Shown: positions 12,986-23,535 of the stretch, piece after piece
Numbering within the stretch: position 1 is the stretch's first letter
Layout of the letters: each line of letters opens with the position of its first letter
Source: Trypethelium eluteriae
Lineage: Eukaryota
NCBI GenBank assembly: GCA_051942245.1
Contig: JAVECL010000145.1
Location: 1-44,213 of the forward strand
Length of the DNA stretch: 44,213 nucleotides
Direction: 5' to 3'
Made by a program: the position numbers and the translations under genes
The notes under the pieces: generated by a model
Told to the model about the DNA's origin: nothing
The model's input: only the letters and a program-made list of their open reading frames with translations
Databases searched by the model: none

Positions 12986-14628
12986 CTAGCACAAACGTAA
13001 TATTTTCCGCGCCCGACTGCATTTTTCCAAGTCATCGTTAGAAGCGGTCATACTGTGCGCTTGAGGCATTAGCGGGGTGTTTTGGAAGACAATCTGTAAG
13101 ATGGCCACTTACACATAGAGTTCATATGGCACACCTCGCAGCTTCTTCTTCGCGCTAAGTTGTCCCGTCACCGAGTTCGCTATCTGAATATCATCATACA
13201 AATGCGGCTCGAAGCTGACTTCTCGCCACCTTCGGAACAATCTCCGCCAGTAGCAAGTCTGCGCAGCCGGTGTGAGGTATCTGTCTCGAAACGCTGCCAC
13301 GCTATTATTCGCGATTCGCTCCGATTCGGTAGGATGGGAAAGCAAATAATCCATCTTCAGAGGAAGATCAGAGAAATCGCGTTCCACTTCAACGACGTTC
13401 TGATCCAGTCCCTCGGCGATGAGCAGATGGTCATGGGTTTCAACCCACCGCCGGCGGTGCATAATGACGACCGAGTGACAGTTCTGGAGGTATTTGCCCC
13501 GGGTGGAATAGCTCGCACCTGCGAGACAGCAAGTCAGGAAGCCTACAACATGATTCTCATGCGCTCAGATTAAGTGACTCACCTTCAGTCTGGATCACAT
13601 ATTTGTACTTGCAGTGATCTGCCATTCTAATGAATCCTCCCCGAGACTTCGAGCGAAACCCAGTCTTCCCTGCCCAGACAATCTCCTGCACGTCAGACCA
13701 CGTCCTCCCCATAGCTACATGCAGCAGATCAGCCCTTGCGTTATTTTCCCTGGCACCCCTCCACACTGCCAGAGGCTTCTTCTCCCGAAAGTCTGTCTCG
13801 ATAGCGGCGATCTCGCGGCGCACCTGTTCGTAGGATCCAATGTGGTCAAGACCCCAACTCCAGTATCCGAAATCCGGCATAAGCCATTTCTCCTTAGCAT
13901 CGACACGTCGGCGCAAGGTCCAGATCGGCTTAGCGGCGTGATCGGGGTCAGGAACGTCATTTACAGAGAAGGAGAATTCGACGTTGGGGATTCTCCCATG
14001 GTAAGCGACGACAGCACGATGGATGGAATCAAGAACAGCGAGTGCTCTTCGAATGTCGTAGCCTTCACCATTATACCTTGGCTCTATCACATACAGCTAT
14101 GCGTGTAAGTAGTATTTTCTGTTTAGTAGATGAAGTACTGCTTACTTCATGATCATATATCATTGCACGGACCAGACCACTGGCTTTCCATGAGGCATCT
14201 ACATCCTCGAGTGTGATATCACGAATCGACCTCCACCATGCGGCTGCCCTGTCGATCTCAAAATACATGGCAGGAAAGGCGGCGTCACACTGCGCATCAT
14301 CAAGGCCATAATTCTCTGCATCCTCTGTTGGATCGAATCTCCATTCTTCATTACCGAGTTTCTCGGTCTTATAACCTTGACTAGCAGATGGTTGGACAGG
14401 ATGAAAAACTGAAGATGATGTAGGCTTTTCAGCTTGGTTTCCATCAGTCTTGCTAGAAGTGGGCGCAAGGCTCTTCAACTCCGGCTGCGATAGGTTAGAC
14501 AATTGACGAAAATACAAGAAGCCCATGAATGAAACGACTATGGAGAGAGATAGAAAAACCCGCGGGCGGTCTTTTTGCGAGATGCATGAGGAGATGGCAT
14601 GGCAAAGATAAAGGAATCGGCTGAACAC
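12986..14628 (-). CDS. Glycosyltransferase family 90 (CAP10/DUF821-like); start codon uncertain
   Basis: Exons ~14628-14146, 14096-13583, 13518-13113 and probable 13052-12986. NYGLDDAQCDAAFP, VRAMIYD, IPNVEFSF, WLMPDFGYWSW, VWRG, DHCKYKYVIQTEGASYS, FRDRYLTPAAQTCYWRRL; N-terminal hydrophobic anchor. Last exon and 5' end less certain. Confidence 0.85.
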
Positions 14629-15485
14629 GGTTGAGAAAGGGGTGGATCAATGTATTCAGCAAAGTGACTAATACCAGCGGTGGGTTTCTAACACCAGCTA
14701 TCGCCACATCCATGAGTACGCCCTGTGCCGCAATAAAGCTGCCGGGTTCTAAATTGTATTGGATCGATGGGGCGTGAATAGTGCTGCAGCATTTCAATCA
14801 GACACCTCACCATCCATAGAAATGGCAGCTGAGGCTTGCGCCATGCGACCCCGTTTCAATCCTCACATTCAGGGCATCTGCAAACGGAATTAAATGATAA
14901 CGAGACTGTTGAGGGACCTTTGACGTTCATACTACTCCTAAAGTATCGCGTAATGCGTCGAAACGGTGCATTAGCGAGGGGTCGCAAGAATCGAGCCTAG
15001 TAGATGCATGAAACAGAAGTTCTAAAGACTGGTGGATGTCCAATTCTTCGTGGATAAGCGGTCTTTCTCTTTGTTGTGATGCTCAGTACGGAGTAAGTCT
15101 GAAAGAGTGGTAAGAGAGCGAGGCACAGCACAGCTACCCGTGCCGCAGCCCGTACAATAAAGCCCAGCCCATCTCGTGCGATCTCGTTGGTGGATGATGG
15201 AGCAGACAAGATTAATCATACGATATCATCGCCACTTTTGCCGCAACTAGTATCGCACAGAGCTGGTCATGCATAAGGCTATATGCGATTCCTCTTCGTT
15301 CATGACGAAGTAAGTGTAGGCAGAGCAGATGCAGTCCATATAGGGCCATTCCAAGGTGTGCACTACTAATACAGCTGCAATGTTAACAACGCCGCTACTA
15401 TACAGAACGCTTCTGCAGCAGACTATGCAAAAATGACCAAAACCATGCGACTTCCCTAACGCCATGATCCTATGCTAGCCCAGCG

Positions 15486-16958
15486 TCATCGCGCTCTTCG
15501 ACTACTCAACATATCATCCGGCACATCATTCCAATTAGAAGCCTCGTTAAGCGACCCACTCGGGTACGCATAATCCTCATCAATCCGTCTCGCTCCCCTT
15601 GGCGACGCATTCGCTCCCCTCTGAACACGGCCCCTCGGACTCCCACTCAGCAACCGCGCGCGATCCTCAGCCGCATGCTCCTGCTGGGGCTCCGCACCCC
15701 TCAGCCGCGCCCTCTCCCTCGAGATGTCGTCTCGCGCAACGAGCCACTTCTTGCTGGCCTCCCAGCGCCAGCCGTCGCCCGTCGTGTTGCAGACGGGCAG
15801 GAACCACAACAGCGGACGCTCGCCAAAAACGTGCGTGAGGTTGCGTCGCCAGCCGAGATCGAACGCGTTCGGCAGCTTTTCCGAGTCGCGCTCGTCCAGG
15901 TACTCCTGGTAGCGGTCGCGCTCGCGCGCGAGCTCGAGGTCGCGGTAGTTGCTGCGGAGGGAGGCGGTGGCGGGCGAAGAGGCGTCGCCTTCTTCGGGGC
16001 GGGTAATGCCTGGGAGCGCGTTGGCATGGATTTCGGCGAGTTGTTGGCCGTACGAGGGGGTGGGGACGCCGTTCACGTAGTTTCGGGGGCCGTTGATGTG
16101 GTTCTGGAGGCCCTTCCGGATCGGGGAGAGGTAGCGAGTCTTTTCGAGGCTTTCGATGGTGGTTTGACCGGTGTATGCGAGGTAGATGTGCCAGAAGGTG
16201 AAGCCGCTGAGGACGAGTCCGATGATGCCGGCGAGGACGGTGAGCATGACGTAGTTTACGGGCATCAGCATCTGCGCGAATTGGTTCTCGCTGAGGATTT
16301 CAGACCAGACCCAGGTGATGGCGACGGCGAAGCAGAGCCAGCAAAACAAGCATGTGTAGATCAAGAATAGGAGGAAAGGTTTGTAGTTGCGCAAGCCCAC
16401 GCAGGTAGCCAGCCAGGGGCAGTGGTGATCCATCTTTAAAACGCAGCGTCGGCATGTAGAACAGTGATGCGCTCTATCTGGCTTCTTGACCTGGCATTTC
16501 TTACAGAATCGTATGTCTCCTGTAGATTTGACTGTAAAGGATGTATACGCTTGTTCATCGTCCGTGGGAAGATGACTATAACCATCTTGGGTATTCATTG
16601 GAGAGCCAGCATCCGTAAAGACCGCTACCGAGTAGGACCAGTTAAGAAGGACATAAAGAATAACGCCAAGGATGGATGTTGTATAGCCTATTAAGATCAG
16701 ATATCAGTAGCAGTAGTCATGATTATTCAAGAGATCCAAGGACAGTCTAAATGACCACTCACCAGTCCATGCTTTGATGGGTAGTAGCCCAATCCCAGCT
16801 TCAACCCAGACAGCCCAACTTGTCAATCCATATACGAATACCAGCGGGAAGCACGAGAGAACGGAGCAGCAATATCGTTCGCACTTCCTCGCCCACGGTC
16901 TTCGTCGGCCTCTGAAAGACGGCGAGCCCGGAGGCGAAGGTGATCCGAGACTGGACAT
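15486..16958 (-). CDS. PFA3: DHHC palmitoyltransferase Pfa3, ~465 aa, 2 exons
   Basis: Exons 16958-16763 and 16687-15486. DHHC-CRD CKKCQVKKPDRAHHCSTCRRCVLKMDHHCPW, TTIE, NAFDLGWRRN; N-terminal WARKCERYCC..FPLVFVYGLTSWAVWV. Confidence 0.92.
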
Positions 16959-17868
16959 TCCCTCTTGCTGAGCCAGACTGGCTCCAGCAGCGTTCGCTAT
17001 GTCGGAGCGGGAGACATAGGATGTCGTTGGGTATATGGCGGCAATCTAAGGGCGATACGAGCTTTGATCGTAGATTAGGAGCGCGTAGAATTGAATTACA
17101 AAATGAGTGATCAATGAGCAATGACAATCTCAAGAAATATGTTCGAAGACGAGTAATGTGACCGGTGCTAGCTAATAGTGATGGTACTCCGTAGGATTCC
17201 GTTCATCGGAGGTGTTGCAACTTCAGGTCCGTCATCTCTGCCACTGCAAGGGTCTGGTGCCCAGCGTTAGGGGCCGCTGAACCCTGTCGGAGATCACGTC
17301 CGTAGAATTCGCTTAGGGCAGTGTTATGTAGAGGTATTTTACTTACGACCTCTTGACTGACATCTATGAAGTACTTCCAGGTTCACAAACCCCTGGTCTT
17401 GACCACCGCCGGAATGCTGCTTAGTTGGGGTTAGAGCTGAGTAGTACGAAGTAGCCCATGGCTTTTCTCCTGATCGTCAGCAAGGTGTCCACAATTCTCC
17501 TGCATTGGTGCACGGCTGGGAGTTGAGGCTTGACTTTGTAGAGTGGACGCAGTGAAAAGACCGTCACATTGTGACTATCTAATTATTTGGCTTGACGGCC
17601 GCAAGTTATCTGCTTCCTTGCCAGGAGCAGCAAAACGAAGTAAAGTTTAAGCGCAAACCAAGCTCCCCCGAATACCCAAAATTATTCAAGAAACCACCAC
17701 ATATATGTATAACCCGAAATTAAATCTAAAGCAGTATCCAAAATAAACCCCTTCTATATCGGTCGAGAATATATGGCCACGTATATACTAGGATGCAGGA
17801 TAGCATGAGCCGTACGAGAGTTTATACTTGCTGTGAAGGCTGACGCTGTTTGATATCCGCGGTAGTCA

Positions 17869-18105
17869 TTACATGACGGTGCAGCCAGAATCGATGCTAC
17901 CACGCTGGACGGTGCAGCCAGAGTCGGTGCTTCCACGCTGGACTGTGCAGCCAGAGTCGGGACTACCCCGTTGGACTGTACAGCCAAAGTCGGTACTACC
18001 ACGCTGGACGGTGCAGCCAGAGTCGGTACTACCACGCTGTATCGTGCAGCCCAAGTCCGACGAGCCGCGGAAGTCGGCAATGTTGTTGATGGTTTCAATA
18101 GCCAT
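17869..18105 (-). CDS. Putative a-factor-type (CaaX lipopeptide) mating pheromone precursor with six tandem repeats, 78 aa
   Basis: MAIETINNIADF followed by RGSSDLGCTIQ, RGSTDSGCTVQ, RGSTDFGCTVQ, RGSPDSGCTVQ, RGSTDSGCTVQ, RGSIDSGCTVM-stop. Terminal CaaX CTVM, good start context (CAACAATGG), no signal peptide, canonical intron just upstream, divergent from cyanase. Confidence 0.8.
   Translation of the reverse strand: MAIETINNIADFRGSSDLGCTIQRGSTDSGCTVQRGSTDFGCTVQRGSPDSGCTVQRGSTDSGCTVQRGSIDSGCTVM
17872..18069 (-). repeat. Six-copy 33-bp coding tandem repeat
   Basis: On the + strand a unit like CTGGACGGTGCAGCCAGAGTCGGTACTACCACG recurs every 33 nt; many differences between copies are synonymous in the CaaX frame. 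Confidence 0.95.
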
Positions 18106-18150
18106 TGTTGAAGACCTGGGTTTGAGTAGTGAAGTCGAGAGAGACTGGCG

Positions 18151-18207
18151 CTGTAGAAATTGGGTTAGACAGACTTCGTATCACTGTGTTCGATGAGGTA
18201 ATCTTAC
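18151..18207 (-). other. 57-nt intron in the 5'UTR of the pheromone candidate
   Basis: Minus strand reads ACA|GTAAGA...GTCTAACCCAATTTCTACAG|CGCC: canonical donor, CTAAC branch site and CAG acceptor, 45 nt before the ATG, with no ATG in the ~90 nt upstream of the donor. Confidence 0.75.
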
Positions 18208-19614
18208 TGTAGTTGGATCAGTAGAGCGAGTGTGATGGGCTGTCAGACTGAGCTTGACGAGAGTCTTTAAACTTCTGCAATCAGTTGTTGTCGATAGGGG
18301 GTTGATCATACTGCCTCTAATCGAATAAAGAAATCCGAACACGACTTCCTTTGATATAATTCAATAAAGTGGATCTAGCACTGGCTAGGCGTGCTTGATA
18401 GAGACGCCTAATATTGTTCATGCTTGATATTGTTCTTTTGCGACAAAGGCCAGGCAGACCATGTGAGGGTCCGCTAAAATCGCCCAAGCCCACTCGACTC
18501 TGTCGAAAGCATATGTTCCAAAAGGTAACGTGAGCATACAAGCTTTTCCGAAGAAAAATGATTTGCAGTGGCGGGTCTAGACGCTCTGTAACAATCAATA
18601 TGAATGATGAACAGCTGATGTTGAACCGCACAACCACCGGTAGAGTACCACCTGTCTAGACAGAACCAAAAAGCCTCAAGCTCCACTTGATGACAGACAA
18701 TGCGCATCACAATGGGAGGGAGGAGGCCTCAGATCCATGAGTGCGAAGATTCCTTGGAGTGTCATGCTCTATAGCCGAGATTATCGTGTGGTGGCTCATC
18801 GAAGTCTCTACTGAAGCGCCCGTTGTCATCCCAACAAGGGATAGCCACATTCAAGATAGTGTAGAAGAAGAGTGATACACTATCATATGATGTAAAGAGC
18901 CATCAATAATTTGAACGAGAGAGACTTCACATCGGAATATTTTTCTAGAGTGGCAGATCGGAGTCAACAAACTTTGGAGTGATGAAATGTCAGACCTCTC
19001 TTCCAATACCAATGGTTATGATAGGCAAGTAAAGTGATCAGCTTGACATATTCTCCGATGTGTATGATAAGGACAGCAATTAGTATCTTTGTCTGGCTTC
19101 TGTGACAATCGCATGGTTGCATTCTCCATGGTCTTCGGGAGGATCATGCGTTGCGCCTGGTGACTAAAGATGGGTTACAGCTGACGATATATCATCGTTT
19201 ACCTGAACAATGAGCAACATCGTCCAAATGTACCTGAGAAAAATAATCTGTCGGTGTGAGAAAATTATCCGGAGCACCCTTTGAGGCTGGAAGACGTGGG
19301 AGGACCTTGGCGAACATCCCTGACAACAACACGAGTCTGGAAACGCGTCCCGATTGATCTCCGGCGCGCGTCTCCATCGGGTATCACATAGATCTTTTTA
19401 GAGTCAGACCGTCTTTCGCGGCCACGACGGCGAAGAAAAAGGCTCGGTCAGCGGAAAAGATATGTCCAAGGTGATGCAGCTGTCCGGCTCATAACCCCGC
19501 AATCTAGCCGTGGCCATGACGTTAATTAGGATCCCCGGTCCCTCTCTTGCTCTCGCCATTAAGAGTCGAAGACTGCATCATCTATGTATATAGTCGCATC
19601 TCGCAGCCTCCATC

Positions 19615-20355
19615 ATGTCGTTGTCCCGTTCTGCACTTCTTTCGAACTGCCTTGCCCAGCGTGCATTAAATCCACTGTCTAGGAGGGTCATTGTTCCTTC
19701 AATCGCAGTCTCGACCCAACTTACCCCTGGTCGCCAGTTCCATCAGTCTCGTAGAATGGCATCTGCAGACAAGCCTGTTGCAAAGCTGGATGTGCGAGTC
19801 CCTATTTCTTAGGCTGACTCTTGACTGACCAGATTGTAGAGCTCCCTCGCCCCCCGCCTACCAAGTTCTTCGGTGACTCTTTTCGACGCAAAGAAAGAGA
19901 AGAACTTGACATTTGAGGCCATTGCTAAGAAGCTCGGCCGAGATGAAGTAGCAGTTGCGGCTCTATTTTACGGCCAGGCTATGGCAAATGCCGAGGACAT
20001 TAAGAATTTGTCAGACTTACTCGGTATACCAGCAGATAAACTTGAGTCGCAGTTGGCAGGGCACCCTGATCGGGGCAGGACAATGGACATGCCACCCAAG
20101 GAGCCTTTGATCTACCGGCTATACGAGATTGTCCAGAATTACGGATATGCATACAAGGCTGTTCTGAACGAGAAATTCGGCGATGGCATCATGAGCGCCA
20201 TAAGCTTTTCCACCAACGTAAAGAAGGAAACAGATGACAAGGGGGACTGGGTCGTCATTACGCTCAGAGGCAAATGGTAGATCCTTCCTGCTATATTGAC
20301 AGAGCCTCGAACATCTGTATTGACCGTGTACAGGCTACCTTTCACACGATTCTAG
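19615..20355 (+). CDS. cyn1: Cyanate hydratase (cyanase), 3 exons; 211 aa from ATG 19615 or 164 aa from ATG 19756
   Basis: Exons 19615-19791, 19840-20276, 20334-20355. [41 protein letters not shown] and spliced C-terminus LRGKWLPFTRF. Confidence 0.95.
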
Positions 20356-21021
20356 CCTTCTCCCATAGGGCCAAAAGAGCTTTCCAGAGGACGATCAGAT
20401 ACTCGCAGCTGCGCTCGCTGACGCATTTATCGTTGCCACCATCAAGTGATCGACTGAGCATGCCACATCGTACGATATGGCTGGTTCTCAGCCAACATAG
20501 TTGGGTTCTGGATTGAGGACTGAGCGACCAAGGCCGGCTTCACCGGGTCTAGAACTTGGCCTACAATTGACGGTTCCACAGGAGGTTTCTTCGTAAACCC
20601 TAAATTTCAGTTATTTCTTCTCTCGCTACTCACCGATGTGTATATCTGTTGTCAAAATTCGTAATTCAAAATCAGGAGCTCTATATGTTCGATCTCAAGG
20701 GTTTCAGCTAGGGTACCAGGGGTTGGTGATGTGTCTTCTTCCATCAGCCTCAAGTTTCATATCGCCACCAACGCCAAATGTAATCCTCCATTGTTTTGCC
20801 GCAATTAATCGGTTCCTTCGTTACACAAAAGCCTCTAGAATTTCTCATGGCTCTGGCATTACAAGCTGGCTTTTGATGCTTTTCGCCGCAATTTCAACAT
20901 CAGTTCAAACTCTCAACGTGAAAGATACATTCCCTATCTCCAGTATTTGTGGGCCATTGGCCTTCAGGAATTAATTCCCAGTTGGTACTAATTTCTTCTC
21001 CATTCCTGCAGCCGTGAAAGT

Positions 21022-21441
21022 ATGGGCCAAGGCTCTTCGAAGCCGCACCATTACCTTTCGATTTCTTCTGACAGTTCATCGACACCTCTCACATCCCAAA
21101 CCATACGGCCCGTCAAGAGCGATGATGTCGACGCTTGGCCAGCCGTCACAAAGCCTGCACCACCCTCAAAATTGAACCGGCTGTCCATTGTTCCGCCCAC
21201 TGAAATCAAGGAGGGAATCGTAGTTCGTTCGCCGTCCGGACGCATTCTGACAAAGACAGATTATGCAAATCACCCGGATCGTCCGCTGAGCATGCAAGAA
21301 CGCCAAGAAGCCATCAAAACCACGGTAGAGAAAAAGACGAGTTTCGAAGGATCATACCACGATTATATTGGCCGTCCATTTAAGCGACCCAGGAAGCGAG
21401 CCAAATGGAGGAGGTGGTGTTCTTGTTGCTTTTCGGGGTGA
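21022..21441 (+). CDS. Hypothetical 139-aa protein with N-myristoylation-like start and basic/Cys-rich C-terminus
   Basis: Single ATG ORF; MGQGSSK fits MGxxxS; ends KRPRKRAKWRRWCSCCFSG. No family recognised. Confidence 0.55.
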   Translation: MGQGSSKPHHYLSISSDSSSTPLTSQTIRPVKSDDVDAWPAVTKPAPPSKLNRLSIVPPTEIKEGIVVRSPSGRILTKTDYANHPDRPLSMQERQEAIKTTVEKKTSFEGSYHDYIGRPFKRPRKRAKWRRWCSCCFSG

Positions 21442-22082
21442 CTTCTACGACCGCGAGTGTGGAATGTCTGCACTACATGCATTCTCTTCAAGCGATTTGC
21501 GAAACTTTCTGTGCGTGACAATGTATGCTCTTGTCGAACTATGATACGTTTTGCTTCCATGGCTTCTCCGGATCTTTAACTGCATGGCGTCCAGAGATAA
21601 TTATGTTTGCTTGAAAGAGCATACAAAAACGAAAACTGTTGCGGAAAAAGGGGTAATACAGTCTTCCTTACTTAGCTTGGGAGTTAATAAAAGGTACAAT
21701 TCAAAGCCAGTCTAGGTTCTTGCAAGCACTTTGACGACAGTTTCACGGTCTTGTTTCTTACCTAGTCTCACTATTCTCCGGTGCCACGTGCTCAGTGGAT
21801 GTGCGACGGTGCAGGTGGCAAGGACTCTGTGTGTGCCTGAGTGCGGGAGTAAGTTTGGAAGTGAGAACTACAGACGCGCTTTCCTTCCATTCACCACCAG
21901 ACTCAAATAAAGATTTAACTCATATCACACGTACTTTTACACACTGCCCCACTTCTGCCTAAATCTTCTTTTGCGGCACTTCTACTTCCGCTTCTCCTCC
22001 GTTACTTCTACCTTGAAACTTCCACTCCCATACAACATTCCTCCAGCCTTCCGAGCTTACTGTGCATATCGACACTTCGGAT

Positions 22083-23535
22083 ATGGCGCAATACGAAGTA
22101 TCTGGGGAAGTTGTTGAGGTAGAGGCACCCAAGATACTCTGCACATACTTGAACTGCAACGAGGTCTTTGAGGATGAGACCATGATGAAGAGACACAAAG
22201 TGTCATCTAACAATCATGATTACTGCCGAAAGTGCGATATAGACTTTCCCGACTACGATTCCCATCTCTCACATCGGGTTGAGAGCGATAAGCATATCAC
22301 GTGCGACAGATGTGGTCAAGATTTCGGTAGCAAAAGCGGTCTTACTCGTCACAAGAAACAGGTACGTTAGACATCGAAACAGGTTACCATTGCATATCGC
22401 GAAGGGCTTGTAGCCAGTACAGGAAGCTCTCACTAACTGAACGCTGCAAGTCTCATCAAATAGACCAAGACATCGTCTGCAAGGACTGCAATGCGAAGTT
22501 TACACGTGCTGCGGCTTATGTGCGGCATATCGAAGACGGTCACTGCCGGAAGAATATAAACTCGCACCACCAATTAGAGGCAAACAAGCAGCATAAGTAT
22601 ATTGTTAGAAAGATTCTTGAGAATCCCGAGCAGTTCAATTTCAAAGTTGGAGCCAGGCCTGGAGTAGATACCACCAATTTCGAGGATAATACCGGCGACG
22701 AAGATACGGAAACCAATGGAGGCGTTTCAATTGAATCAGCTTTCGAGGAAGATGAGGAGCAGAAGCGTGTAACCTTTGAATCGCTTTGCCCAACGCGTCC
22801 AGTGGTTGATCTCATGTCCTTTGACGATCAAGACGAGTCTCAGCAGAAAGGTTCGTCCTCTATCCCTCACGTACTCGTAGATCCATATCTTACACCAGCT
22901 TCATAGCATCCCCGAAAAGTCAATGGCCTACACCCGCCGAGGCTGCCGGTTTAGACGGAGATAGCGTCACCGATCCCCACGTTGCGAACGCCATAAAGAG
23001 CCTTCAAGAATGGGAGGCCGCATTGGCTTTCAAGGACGAAGAACACCGATTAAGCAATGAGGGCAACCTGATGCAATTTGAAAATGCTCGCATCTACAAC
23101 CCCGACAGCCGGGCTTACGATCCATATCGATTCTGGGATACCCAGCTTCAAGCTTTTCGGTGCCCTTACCCTGATTGCGAGTTAGTCAAGCGATTTCTTT
23201 TCCTGCGTGCAGCGGACCTCTTTACTGACAGCTCTGACTTAATCAGGACGACCAAGAGCCGCAGCCTCAACAGCGCGCAGGAGATCACACAACACATGGT
23301 CGATGAGCATACTGTGAATCGAATCCGCTGTCCGAAATGCTTCCATAACTTCGACACGAGCGCTGCCTTGATAGCCCATTGCGAAGCACCGACTGGACGC
23401 TGTCGAATTTCGGACACTAGAGAATTCGGACAGCTTGTTGACCATGTGACCGGTGGGTTCCTCATCCTTCTCAAGAAGGAAGGAGAGAACGAAGAGCCGA
23501 TGTTTGAGGCTCATAAGCCGGCGAGTATTTGGTAG
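22083..23535 (+). CDS. Multi-C2H2 zinc-finger protein, ~413 aa, 4 exons
   Basis: Exons 22083-22361, 22451-22850, 22907-23180, 23247-23535 join in frame (third intron is 66 nt with no stop, so less certain). Fingers CTYLNC..H..H, CRKC..H..H, CDRC..H..H, CKDC..H..C, CPKC..HC; late DHVTGGFL motif. Confidence 0.8.

Noticed and set aside
15599..16370. Long antisense/alternative-frame ORFs over PFA3 (similar ones at 24651-25387, 31012-31521, 34063-34846, 43445-44169)
   Set aside because: Shadow ORFs caused by high GC3 in real genes; no motifs.
17872..18069. Repeat read as a CRISPR array or a dikaritin/KEP RiPP precursor
   Set aside because: No spacers and eukaryotic context; no signal peptide, no KR sites and no DUF3328/UstYa gene recognised in the window.
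17754..18196. Alternative repeat frames (PTLAAPSSVVV on minus, WTVQPESVLPR on plus)
   Set aside because: By-products of the 33-bp repeat; the CaaX frame has the good ATG context, upstream intron and terminal CaaX.
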